A DNA stretch of 64,000 nt from a virus, in IMG/VR virus record IMGVR_UViG_3300045988_154277; one strand, 5' to 3'. The notes beneath the pieces are model-generated. The model saw nothing but the letters and a program-made list of their open reading frames with translations. It was not told the origin of the DNA and ran no database searches. The position numbers and the translations under genes are program-made. This document shows, piece by piece, positions 54,418-63,644 of this stretch. Each line of letters starts with the position of its first letter. Position 1 is the stretch's first letter.

Positions 54418-55920
54418 ATGCCTTCCAATGAACGAGAAAGAACTCCGAAGGATATCCTCGGATACTTCGATGAGTTTTTACCATCTGCGTACAGGGGTAA
54501 GAATCTTCAATCGATCCCTGAGGATGTTCTTCAAACTGCATACAATCAGATGATGCGATCCACGGTCGATCCAGATGCTCTTACCAAAGAGATGAAAGAT
54601 CGAGTCGCCAACCTCGCATTCGTCACGTCAGGTGCAGGTCCTTACTTCAACCAGATCCAAACCTATTTAACTTGTTTGGATCGATTCAAAGGGAACCTCC
54701 TCCCTATCAACACGATGGAATCCGGTCTGACATTCATCACCAGACCGAGGCTCTGTCTGCAGTCATCTAATATTCGTAACAATCGTAGAATGGCAGCGTT
54801 GGATACTTTGAACCCAACATCGATGGCGTTCATGATCCGATGCTTGTTGGATACGAACTTTGGAGAAGTGAATAATCAGCGGTACAAAAGCATCGTCAAC
54901 AGTTCTCCGTTGATTGACTCCTATAACCCATTCTTAGTTCCACTCTGCAACTCTCTGTTGTCCATCAGCGGGTTCCCGGACATGATGATTCAGACTCAGA
55001 CGACCGATGGTGGGTATCAAGCAGAAGCACAGACCTTCGCTGTTGGAGGTGATGATTTCAACCGAGCAACCTACAACTTGAATCTAGAGTTCAAGGATAT
55101 CCAGCACGGTCCGATCTCAGCGATCATCTACTACTGGTTGGAATACATCCGTTGTGTGACAAGAGGGATCCTCTTGGCATATGCAGATGACATCGATGAA
55201 CAGAGACTCAATTACACAGTGTCCATCTATCGGTTCGCTCTGGATCCAACGAAAACTTATATCGTGGATTGGTGTAAGTGTACCGGATGCTTCCCGACGA
55301 ACTTGAACACCGGTGCAATCATGCAGGTAAATGACGGGGAAGAGTTCGTATCAGCAGCTACCAGGATCAATGTGGGATTCGCATGCAATAAGGTAGAGTA
55401 CCGAGATCATGCGATCTTCATGGATTTCAACACACTGATCCAGAGATACTTCCCAGATATCAACAAAGACGTCAATGGGAAGTATGCGGAACCGGATGAA
55501 CAGGGTGTCAACCATGCAACCTTAAGATACCCCAACCTTCCGAAAGAACCTTATGCCAACTTCCGAGGTATTCCATATATCACCTCTGATATGCACGGAC
55601 CCCGATTGGAGTTCCGTCGTTCTCCTACTCCGGTGTTCCCATACTCCAGAGGAACGAATGATCTTGTTGATCAGTTGCTTATGATCGACATGATGCGAAA
55701 AGCCCAAGAGTTTGGAAAACAGAACTACACTCGTTATGCAGAGATGTATACACCTGAGTATATGAAACAAGCGAATAGTCAGAACCTCGGTGCGAACATT
55801 AAAGCATTCTTCCGGAGAGTTATGAACGATAAAACGCATGATTCGAAGGGGTTCGATGCGATCCAGTATCGAGATGATACCCCTCCTAGCTCAGCGCAAA
55901 ATACACAAGGAGTTAACTGA
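54418..55920 (+). CDS. putative virion structural protein (500 aa)
   Basis: TAAGGAGA RBS. Its stop overlaps the start of the 1442-aa gene (TGATG). No specific family recognised. Confidence 0.45.
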   Translation: MPSNERERTPKDILGYFDEFLPSAYRGKNLQSIPEDVLQTAYNQMMRSTVDPDALTKEMKDRVANLAFVTSGAGPYFNQIQTYLTCLDRFKGNLLPINTMESGLTFITRPRLCLQSSNIRNNRRMAALDTLNPTSMAFMIRCLLDTNFGEVNNQRYKSIVNSSPLIDSYNPFLVPLCNSLLSISGFPDMMIQTQTTDGGYQAEAQTFAVGGDDFNRATYNLNLEFKDIQHGPISAIIYYWLEYIRCVTRGILLAYADDIDEQRLNYTVSIYRFALDPTKTYIVDWCKCTGCFPTNLNTGAIMQVNDGEEFVSAATRINVGFACNKVEYRDHAIFMDFNTLIQRYFPDINKDVNGKYAEPDEQGVNHATLRYPNLPKEPYANFRGIPYITSDMHGPRLEFRRSPTPVFPYSRGTNDLVDQLLMIDMMRKAQEFGKQNYTRYAEMYTPEYMKQANSQNLGANIKAFFRRVMNDKTHDSKGFDAIQYRDDTPPSSAQNTQGVN

Positions 55921-58900
55921 TGCCTAACACAGATAATGCAACGGAGATGACGTTGCAGCTCTATACGGTTCCACAGAGGATCCAGGCGAGAGCTCTGGAT
56001 CTTCTCCAAGAGAAAGTCTTGGATGGTCGTGAAATGGTCGATGGGAACAACCCAACCACCTTCTTGCTTGAGTTCTCTGCAACTGTTGCTGCAGGGATCA
56101 CCAACGAAGTATCCCAGTCGTTGTCGTCACTGTATCCAAGCCGTGCTCAGACGACAGCGGATCTGTATCGTCATATGGCAGATTACGATTATGTCAATCT
56201 GTTCAGCACACCTTCTAACACGATGATCGAGATCGTATTGAACCGAAACTATCTGATCCAGAATGCTGTTCGTTATGGAAACTCAGATTACAAGAAGATC
56301 GTGATCCCAGAGTACAGTACATTCAAGATCGGAGAGTATACGTTCGGGATCTACTACCCAATCGAGATCCAGATCAAAGAATCCAGAGAGAACGGTGTAC
56401 TCGATTACGACAACTGTCTGATCACGACCAAATGGGATCTCACCAATGAGAATCCCCTGATGACGATGGAGACGAACATCCTGGAGAACAGAACATATAT
56501 GCGGGATGGGATCACGATGCTCTGCATCAGTATCCCGATCCACCAGTTCGTCTCCACGATCCACCAAGAGGACACGGTTGCAAGCACTGGGTTCTCGAAA
56601 CGATATACGTATACCGATCAGTTCTATGCTGCACGGATCTTCCACTACTTCGGTGGTTCCTGGGTAGAACTGGCTCAGACATTGTCCGATGTCGTATACG
56701 ATCCGATGTTGGCAACGGCGAAACTCACTGTACTGACAGATCTGAGTGTACTGCAAGTTGACATCCCACAGGTGTATTTCACCAAGAACATGATCGGATC
56801 GAAGATCCGCATTTACGTCTACACTTCCAAAGGTGCACTGGATGTGGATATCACGGAATACAGCGCAGAGCAGTTCAGTGCATCGTTCCTGTTGAACGAT
56901 GAGGTGGTGGATGATACCTACAGCGCGATGTTGAAGAGGATCCCCTATTGTCAGGTCCTTCCTCTCTCCAAGAGGATCGCCAGCGGATCTGATGGATTGA
57001 CCTTTGAAGAGTTGAGAGAACGAGTGGTGCACGATTCGACTTACAGTCTGCTGATCACGCCTGCTGATATCGAGAACTACTTCAAAGACCAAGGATTCAT
57101 CGCCAAACGATATCTCGACAACCTTACAGATCGTATCTATCTGGCTCAGAAAGTGATGACAGACGGAGCAGGTGTCACGATCAGTGCTGGTGATCAGACC
57201 GCTGTATTCCAAAGTGATGTTTTCCATCGTGAGACAGATCCAGATACCAACGAAGTGATCATATCGAACTACCGTACGATCAAATACATCAACGATCGTT
57301 CGTTCATGATCTTACCTTCTACGGTGTATCAGTACGATCAGGGTACCAACACGGTTGTTCCGATGAACAACACTTGGATGGATGCGTTGGATGATATGTC
57401 TGCTGCTCAGAAAGTATCTCTTCTGAACAGTGGAGTTTACATGTACTCTCCATTCCACTTAAAACTCACAACGACAAACTCTACTCCGGTTGCGTGTTAT
57501 TACGATCTTCTACAACCGAAGATCACAAGTACAACATTTCTCAGTGAGAACCAGAATATCACCTCTCAGATCTCGATCTACAACTCCAGTATCACCCATA
57601 TGGAGAACGGAACAGGTGGATATCGGTTCTACATCAGTCTGTACAAGACGTCGGATATGCAGAAAGTTCCAGTACTGGGTGAAGATGGTCTGACTCCGAA
57701 CATCACCGTTGTTCTTAAGACCGAAACAGCGGAAGGTCAGGAACTCTACATGTACGGACAGTATGCGGGTCAGTACAGCGATCACGATGTATTCGTGTTC
57801 GATATCAAAACCTCATACAAGATCAATGAGGATAACGAAATCGATGTGTCCTCGTTCAACAGTATGTCCTCTGGTCAGAAGACCACGATGATGATCCCTC
57901 TGACCAACACTTACAAGATCATGTTCTTCGTGAATCGGTCGTTCATCTCATCGATCAGTGCAATGACAGGTGTGGATGTATCGCAGTTCCCACCGGATCT
58001 TGGAGCAGGTGGTGTGGTATGGTTGGCAACGCAGCAGTTCACATTGGAACTTGGTTCCGCACTGAACTCGTTGTTCACCAACGTAGCGGTTCATGTGGAA
58101 GCTCAGCAATACCAGACCTATCCAACTACTGTGTACGCCACGTATACCAACCCTGTATATGCGAGGTATACCGAAGAGGATGTGAAAAACGGTGTTGTCT
58201 CTGAGTACTACGGACCGATTACAGAAGAACTTGTTGGTGTGTACAAGTATCCGTTGGAACTGATCCACGACGCGGATGAAGTGATCCTGAGTCCTGTTTA
58301 CAATGAGACGATCCCACCAGCTTGTAAGGTGAAGATCCCAAATGCAGAAGATGAGTCGATCACCACGTATCCTCTGTATCTGCAACCGATTTACACAGCA
58401 AGCTCGTCTTCTACGAACCTTTGGTTGCCTCCTCCAGAAGGGATGGATGCGTACGATGTGAACAACAAGATGCGGTTGGAAGTGGTGGATGTGTTGCAGT
58501 TCGCACTTACGGATGTGTCGAAAGCATCCGGTGTGGTGAAAGAACCATCCGAACTTCAGATCCAGTTCAGAGATGAGACGATCACCAACGAGGACGGATC
58601 TACCACCGTTGTTCGTACCTCATACGACCCTCATGTTGGTCAGATGTTCATGTTCGTAACAGATGCGGAGAATGACCTCTCCGATCCTGAGAACACCTTC
58701 AGTCTTGGATCCGGAAGCACGGAACCATCCCTCACGGGAGCTCTGTATCGTCGTGATGCGAGCGCTACGGATTACGATTACACTGGATTCTCCTACCGGT
58801 TGGCAGGGGATACGGAGTATCATAGTCTTACAGCTGAAGTTCTGGAACAGATCTACAACGATCTCGCTACCATGACAGAAGATGCGGTCAGTCAGAAATA

Positions 58901-60248
58901 CAGCATGACGAAGTCTGTGCTGAAGAGATTGAACGGATCGATCCGTTCTCCATGGATCAAAGTGATCCAAGCGGAGTCGATACAACAGTTGTCCAATTAC
59001 TGGAACAACCGTCGGATCTTGAACACCACAGCGGATTATCTCTACGCTATCCAGAAACAGTTGAGTCGTGTTCCAGAGTATGCGAGTTACACAGCGTTGT
59101 TGGATGCGGAAAAAAGCATCGTAACAGGATCGATCGTGTGGGTCACAGATGTGAGCGATTACGGTGGAGAACTGCCTGTTCGGTTGATCGGTGATCTGAC
59201 CGTTACTGGGACACAGACACAAGGTGCTCTGCTTCGTAAGCTTGATACCGGTTGGGAGTGGATCATCACAGGTCCTTACAAGAAATCCTGTATCGCTTCT
59301 GTGAACTCCACCAATACCTTCAGTGGGTTCGCTTACCTGATCAGTGAACAGGATGCGTCTGGAACATACATCCCACGGTACATCAATCTTTTGTCTTATA
59401 CGGACAAAGGGAAGTTAAGCATCGATTTCTCCACGTATACGTGGGCATTGATCGATCACTGGGCGTGGGAAATCACCACTCCTTGGGTATCCATCAGCAC
59501 AGGTACCAACTCCGGTGTTGATCTGGATATCGATACGACCACTTCAGCGAAGATCGCTCAGTATGGTGGTGATGTTCAGTTGGATGAGAACGGGAATCTT
59601 GTGGGTGTGATCACCGATGCGAATGGTAACCCGGTCGAAGAGGACGATGAGTATGCAGATACTCGTAAGATCGCTTACCGAGTTCGTACTTTGCAAGCAG
59701 ATTACAAACTCACCTACTCCACAGAAGCTCAACATCTCACCTATCGGAACGACATCCTCGAACTGCTTCGGTCGTATTTCAATACGATCAATACAGCGAG
59801 AGCATCGTTACTGGAGAGAACAGAGTTCTACTACTCTCCGATCCGTACGATGGGTTATGCGGAGTTCAAAGGAACGAACGCAGAAGTGGAATCGAGATCG
59901 TTGGATATCACGATGGGGTTCCGGCTGTACGTGCAAGACTACGTTGCGAACTCTTCGGATAACCGAGAAGCGATCATGAACAACGTTCTCAGTATCATCG
60001 ACAGCCATATGGCAACGGGTTCTATCTCGACGACTCAGTTGGCAGAGGAGATCCGCGCATCTCTCTCTGATACAGTACAGTTCGTAGAGAACCTTGGGAT
60101 CAACGGAGATCCTGAGTTGAGAGTACTGGTCCTGAATGAAAGTATGGAGGAGTGTATCCCCCATCTGAAACAGGAACTTTATCTCGATGAAGGGAACCAG
60201 ATCAAAGTCAATCGTGGTGTTACGTTGGAATACGTAGCGATCAACTAA
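55920..60248 (+). CDS. very large putative virion structural protein (1442 aa)
   Basis: Long beta-rich sequence with Ser/Thr/Asn-rich stretches, translationally coupled to 54418..55920. Followed by a bidirectional hairpin at 60260..60299. Confidence 0.45.
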   Translation: MPNTDNATEMTLQLYTVPQRIQARALDLLQEKVLDGREMVDGNNPTTFLLEFSATVAAGITNEVSQSLSSLYPSRAQTTADLYRHMADYDYVNLFSTPSNTMIEIVLNRNYLIQNAVRYGNSDYKKIVIPEYSTFKIGEYTFGIYYPIEIQIKESRENGVLDYDNCLITTKWDLTNENPLMTMETNILENRTYMRDGITMLCISIPIHQFVSTIHQEDTVASTGFSKRYTYTDQFYAARIFHYFGGSWVELAQTLSDVVYDPMLATAKLTVLTDLSVLQVDIPQVYFTKNMIGSKIRIYVYTSKGALDVDITEYSAEQFSASFLLNDEVVDDTYSAMLKRIPYCQVLPLSKRIASGSDGLTFEELRERVVHDSTYSLLITPADIENYFKDQGFIAKRYLDNLTDRIYLAQKVMTDGAGVTISAGDQTAVFQSDVFHRETDPDTNEVIISNYRTIKYINDRSFMILPSTVYQYDQGTNTVVPMNNTWMDALDDMSAAQKVSLLNSGVYMYSPFHLKLTTTNSTPVACYYDLLQPKITSTTFLSENQNITSQISIYNSSITHMENGTGGYRFYISLYKTSDMQKVPVLGEDGLTPNITVVLKTETAEGQELYMYGQYAGQYSDHDVFVFDIKTSYKINEDNEIDVSSFNSMSSGQKTTMMIPLTNTYKIMFFVNRSFISSISAMTGVDVSQFPPDLGAGGVVWLATQQFTLELGSALNSLFTNVAVHVEAQQYQTYPTTVYATYTNPVYARYTEEDVKNGVVSEYYGPITEELVGVYKYPLELIHDADEVILSPVYNETIPPACKVKIPNAEDESITTYPLYLQPIYTASSSSTNLWLPPPEGMDAYDVNNKMRLEVVDVLQFALTDVSKASGVVKEPSELQIQFRDETITNEDGSTTVVRTSYDPHVGQMFMFVTDAENDLSDPENTFSLGSGSTEPSLTGALYRRDASATDYDYTGFSYRLAGDTEYHSLTAEVLEQIYNDLATMTEDAVSQKYSMTKSVLKRLNGSIRSPWIKVIQAESIQQLSNYWNNRRILNTTADYLYAIQKQLSRVPEYASYTALLDAEKSIVTGSIVWVTDVSDYGGELPVRLIGDLTVTGTQTQGALLRKLDTGWEWIITGPYKKSCIASVNSTNTFSGFAYLISEQDASGTYIPRYINLLSYTDKGKLSIDFSTYTWALIDHWAWEITTPWVSISTGTNSGVDLDIDTTTSAKIAQYGGDVQLDENGNLVGVITDANGNPVEEDDEYADTRKIAYRVRTLQADYKLTYSTEAQHLTYRNDILELLRSYFNTINTARASLLERTEFYYSPIRTMGYAEFKGTNAEVESRSLDITMGFRLYVQDYVANSSDNREAIMNNVLSIIDSHMATGSISTTQLAEEIRASLSDTVQFVENLGINGDPELRVLVLNESMEECIPHLKQELYLDEGNQIKVNRGVTLEYVAIN

Positions 60249-60259
60249 ACGAATGATAT

Positions 60260-60299
60260 CGTAAGTACGTGTAGAGAGATAACCCTCTACACGTACTTA
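60260..60299. terminator. bidirectional hairpin after the 1442-aa gene
   Basis: 16-bp stem gtaagtacgtgtagag / ctctacacgtacttac. Confidence 0.55.
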
Positions 60300-60323
60300 C
60301 CTTTTACAATTTACCATGTGACA

Positions 60324-60713
60324 TCATTCATCGTTAGGCTCCTGTTGTGGACGAGTGATCCGTCCTGGTGAGTGGATCGCCAAGATCTGTGGGATCTTAA
60401 CCAGGGCACCTTCTGGTAACTGGGAGATCTGTTCATCCATGATCTTGGATACTTGGTTCCCAAGCTCTTCACAACGGATCCGTTGTCCGTTGGTGACATC
60501 GATCATATCACCACTGGTGGTGATATAGTTGTTCTCTTTGAGATAATCCATCACTTCATCAGATACATCGAGAGATGGGAGTGGTTTGACACTGTCGGTC
60601 AGTGTCATCAATGCACCCAGTAGTTCACCTGCTGGGATATTCTTCTCTCCGTCTTGGAGGAAGAACTGCTGCACGGTAACAGCAGAGGGTTTAATATTGA
60701 CATCAGAGGACAT
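60324..60713 (-). CDS. hypothetical protein
   Basis: 129-aa ORF. Confidence 0.4.
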   Translation of the reverse strand: MSSDVNIKPSAVTVQQFFLQDGEKNIPAGELLGALMTLTDSVKPLPSLDVSDEVMDYLKENNYITTSGDMIDVTNGQRIRCEELGNQVSKIMDEQISQLPEGALVKIPQILAIHSPGRITRPQQEPNDE

Positions 60714-61200
60714 AGGGTTTTCCTTTCGGGTCGTTGGGATGATCGTTTTCCATAAAGTTCAGTGAGATACGTGGCACCATGGAGAAGGTGAGGTGTGCAA
60801 GTTCTTCTCCTTGGTGAATCGTCTGTACGTTACGACTGATATTGTGAATGATCAACAAGATCTCACTGTGATGAGTAGCAGGAAGTACGGTTGGTGCAAC
60901 CAACACGATCCCTTTTGACTCAACGAGATATGGACTGGAATGCAAATTGATTTGAAGCACCAGTTTGGAATACTTGGAAGTAGTATTACCTTCCTTAGTG
61001 GTTTCAACGATGTTGGGAGTCATAAGACGGATCCCCGTCGGTACAGGGGCGTAGACTCCTGGGTTGATCGGAAGTTTCTTCTGGCAGAGAAGAGCGAAGA
61101 TCGAAGCATCTTCGGACAACTTCAATGGAAGATATCGAAAGTCAGTTCCAATGGTGGTGAATGGAACCGTGGTATTGAGTTTGTCATATTTTCTGGACAT
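60703..61200 (-). CDS. dUTPase-like beta-barrel protein (degenerate motifs)
   Basis: VPTGIRL, ILLIIHNIS and GEELAHLTF weakly resemble dUTPase motifs (IPTGI, VILFNHS, GDRIAQLIF). Catalytic residues are not confirmed. Confidence 0.35.
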   Translation of the reverse strand: MSRKYDKLNTTVPFTTIGTDFRYLPLKLSEDASIFALLCQKKLPINPGVYAPVPTGIRLMTPNIVETTKEGNTTSKYSKLVLQINLHSSPYLVESKGIVLVAPTVLPATHHSEILLIIHNISRNVQTIHQGEELAHLTFSMVPRISLNFMENDHPNDPKGKPYVL

Positions 61201-61302
61201 GATGTCTCCTAACGTTGTGTTCTGGTATAGGCTGGTTGATGCTACACAACAAAAAAGAAAATACAGAGTTAGGGGTAACCTAACTCTGTACCGAAGAACG
61301 AC

Positions 61303-61704
61303 TTAGTCGTTATCTTCTTCCTTGTCATCCTCCGGATCGTCCTTGAAGAGATTCTTCGACTTGGCTTCCCAATACTCGGACTCTTCCTCGTACTTCTTAG
61401 TACGAGCTTTGGACTCTTCGACAGAGGCTTTGACTTCCTGGTCACGGAGTTCAAGGCGTTTCACGTCCATCTTCATCTGGTGTTCGATTACCTTATCGAC
61501 CTTCGCATCGGCGAAGGTGAAGATGGCTTTCAACAAACCGACCGCACCGTCGGTCGAGATCTTCACGTTCTCATCGGTGATGTCGGCATGTGCAGACATC
61601 TTGAGGTTCTTCAAGGTGATACCCTTGAATTCCACTTCTCCGATGGTGAACTCGAAGTTGGCGGTGCTGTTGTTGCGGACGTTGTTGGTGGTTTCGTTGC
61701 TCAT
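61303..61704 (-). CDS. hypothetical protein with an acidic C-terminus
   Basis: 133-aa ORF. Confidence 0.4.
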   Translation of the reverse strand: MSNETTNNVRNNSTANFEFTIGEVEFKGITLKNLKMSAHADITDENVKISTDGAVGLLKAIFTFADAKVDKVIEHQMKMDVKRLELRDQEVKASVEESKARTKKYEEESEYWEAKSKNLFKDDPEDDKEEDND

Positions 61705-62202
61705 GGTTTGATTCCTTTTGTTAAGGGTTGTTGGGTTGAGCTAAGATATGGAGAAGAACGAAGGTTCGTATCGTTGTCACTAACACAACGATCTTCTCCT
61801 TCGAATCTTCGACTTGTTTACTACACGAATGACTTTTGTACAAAACTAGACTATGTAAACACACTATGAGAGAGGTTAGTGTCTCATATGTGTTAAATGA
61901 ACGTTACCGACCGACTCTTGTCGGTATGTACAACAATACGAATTAGTTCGTCGGATATTCGGTACCACAACGAACTTCGTACTGTATTACTGCAACTGCA
62001 CGCTGCATCGCGTCAAGAACATCTTGTCCTTCACGCAGGAACTGGTTTAACAGTTCGTAATAACGTTGATGAAACGTCTTCACGTAGTCACCTCCTTTCT
62101 TGATGTTAGTGTACAGAGTGTAGATGCGTCAACATCTACACTCTGTACACGGTTATCAGTTTGACACATCTCTAATTAGACATGTCTTCGGTATTATCAA
62201 TA

Positions 62203-62240
62203 AAGTAATATATATTCGAAATATTTTGAACTACACTTTT
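62203..62240 (-). promoter_or_regulatory. early-promoter-like motif (duplicate of the 32862 module)
   Basis: aagtaatatatattcgaaatattttgaactacactttt. Downstream (leftward) lie the hairpin 62108..62149 and a small minus-strand ORF with an AGGAGGTG RBS (approximately 61946..62086). Confidence 0.45.
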
Positions 62241-62277
62241 CAAGACAGTCGATGGTATGCAAGATAGGAGGTTAACG

Positions 62278-62580
62278 ATGATAGGTAGGATCTTCAGTAT
62301 ATTAAAAGCAATATGGGCTCGACCAGCGGTTCAAGCCTCTGTATGGTTGGTGATCGAGAGCATCGCGATCTGGTTGAAAGACTGGATCGTTACATTCTTC
62401 AAGAGGAACAGTCCTTGTTGTGAGCAACCGAAGTCAGAAGACTACACTCCAGGTGAGACGAAAAGTGATCGTAAAACAACTCGAAGAGCTCCTCGTAGGA
62501 AGAAATGTTCTAAGACCCCAACAACCCTTGCTACACCAAGGACTTCTACTCGTAAAACGAGGACGAAACGAAAAGTGTGA
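62278..62580 (+). CDS. small membrane protein with a basic C-terminal tail
   Basis: ATG at 62278 with AGGAGG upstream. Hydrophobic N-terminal segment (IFSILKAIWARPAVQASVWLVIESIAIWL), then K/R/T-rich tail. Confidence 0.4.
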   Translation: MIGRIFSILKAIWARPAVQASVWLVIESIAIWLKDWIVTFFKRNSPCCEQPKSEDYTPGETKSDRKTTRRAPRRKKCSKTPTTLATPRTSTRKTRTKRKV

Positions 62581-62581
62581 T

Positions 62582-62619
62582 GTATCGTACACGGTGGCAT
62601 AACTCACCGTGTACGATAC
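62582..62619. terminator. bidirectional hairpin between convergent genes
   Basis: 15-bp stem gtatcgtacacggtg / caccgtgtacgatac. Confidence 0.5.
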
Positions 62620-62624
62620 CTATT

Positions 62625-63551
62625 TTAATCAAGTGATAGTTCGATCCCGAACGCTTTCCGGAACAAGATCTTCAAGTCCTCACTTTGATGGATCCCTTTC
62701 GTAGATCCAGCATAGATGTTGGAGAATAGATGTTTGGTCCCAAGGAGAAGATCGATCCTTGTGATCGGAACTTTGTCAGCAGAACACAGCTTAGTGAACT
62801 CTTTCAATGTAACAGGATGTTCTGCATACAAGAGTTGTAGTTTCTGTCGGAACAGTAGAACTTTAACTGTGTTGTTGACAGCTCTCGCTGCGAACCGATT
62901 GAACGTCAGTTCACTGGAGAGTTGTTTCAAGAACGCTTCCAACGAGTAGTCCTTATGAAGAAGTTCATCGTCTATCTTCCAAGCATATTGTGACTTCCTG
63001 CCTTTTCGTTCTACCTTCTTCTCCAGTTCTTTAATTGGCGCTTGAGAAGCTCTTTTCTCTTGCGCATCTTTCTCAGTTGTCTTTGGTTCCTGTTTCTTCG
63101 TCTTAGATTGTTCAGCCGATTGATCTCTTTTTGATTGAACGGTTGACTTGAGTTGTTGGAACACTCTTCGATCGTCATCCATGTCTTGGAGGATTCCAGG
63201 ATGGAACAGGGCATTCCAAGCATTAGTAAGATAAGGGAACGAAGCCCCATCCAACATCTTGTTAAAATCATCTTCAGATAGATCACAATATCTCCTCAAT
63301 TCCTCTTGTACCTGGAACTTCCCTTCCAGATAAGCGACGATCTCTCGTCGTGTTTTGGTTGTATAGTCTTTAATATTGACGATGATAACTCGTCTTAAGT
63401 ACTCGATGAACTTCTCTCTGGAAGTTTCTCTTGGGATGCCCTTGATAACGAGAGTGAATGTTTTCTTATTCCACCTTCTCTGTTGTTCTGCGAGCTCTTC
63501 CCAATCCTTCCAATCTCCTTCGTCGGGTACATATACGTCCTCTTCTGGCAT
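62625..63551 (-). CDS. hypothetical protein
   Basis: 308 aa with a central K/E-rich linker. Confidence 0.45.
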   Translation of the reverse strand: MPEEDVYVPDEGDWKDWEELAEQQRRWNKKTFTLVIKGIPRETSREKFIEYLRRVIIVNIKDYTTKTRREIVAYLEGKFQVQEELRRYCDLSEDDFNKMLDGASFPYLTNAWNALFHPGILQDMDDDRRVFQQLKSTVQSKRDQSAEQSKTKKQEPKTTEKDAQEKRASQAPIKELEKKVERKGRKSQYAWKIDDELLHKDYSLEAFLKQLSSELTFNRFAARAVNNTVKVLLFRQKLQLLYAEHPVTLKEFTKLCSADKVPITRIDLLLGTKHLFSNIYAGSTKGIHQSEDLKILFRKAFGIELSLD

Positions 63552-63604
63552 AAAGATCCCTCCTATTGTTTTGTTCGCAAACTATGGTTGTTCTCAGTAA
63601 GAAG

Positions 63605-63644
63605 ATCTATGAGTGGAAGGCGTCCAACCCTTCCACTCATAGAT
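63605..63644. other. perfect 16-bp stem-loop at the edge of a 450-bp non-coding tail
   Basis: atctatgagtggaagg / ccttccactcatagat. Confidence 0.4.

Noticed and set aside
61897-62103. 68-aa plus-strand ORF
   Set aside because: It is antisense to a small minus-strand ORF that has a strong AGGAGGTG RBS, and it has no RBS of its own.
12295-62240. Initial reading of the TATATA-containing motif as a rightward promoter for plus-strand genes
   Set aside because: Most copies lie between two minus-strand genes with no plus-strand gene to the right. Read on the minus strand, every copy sits at a consistent distance upstream of a leftward start codon.
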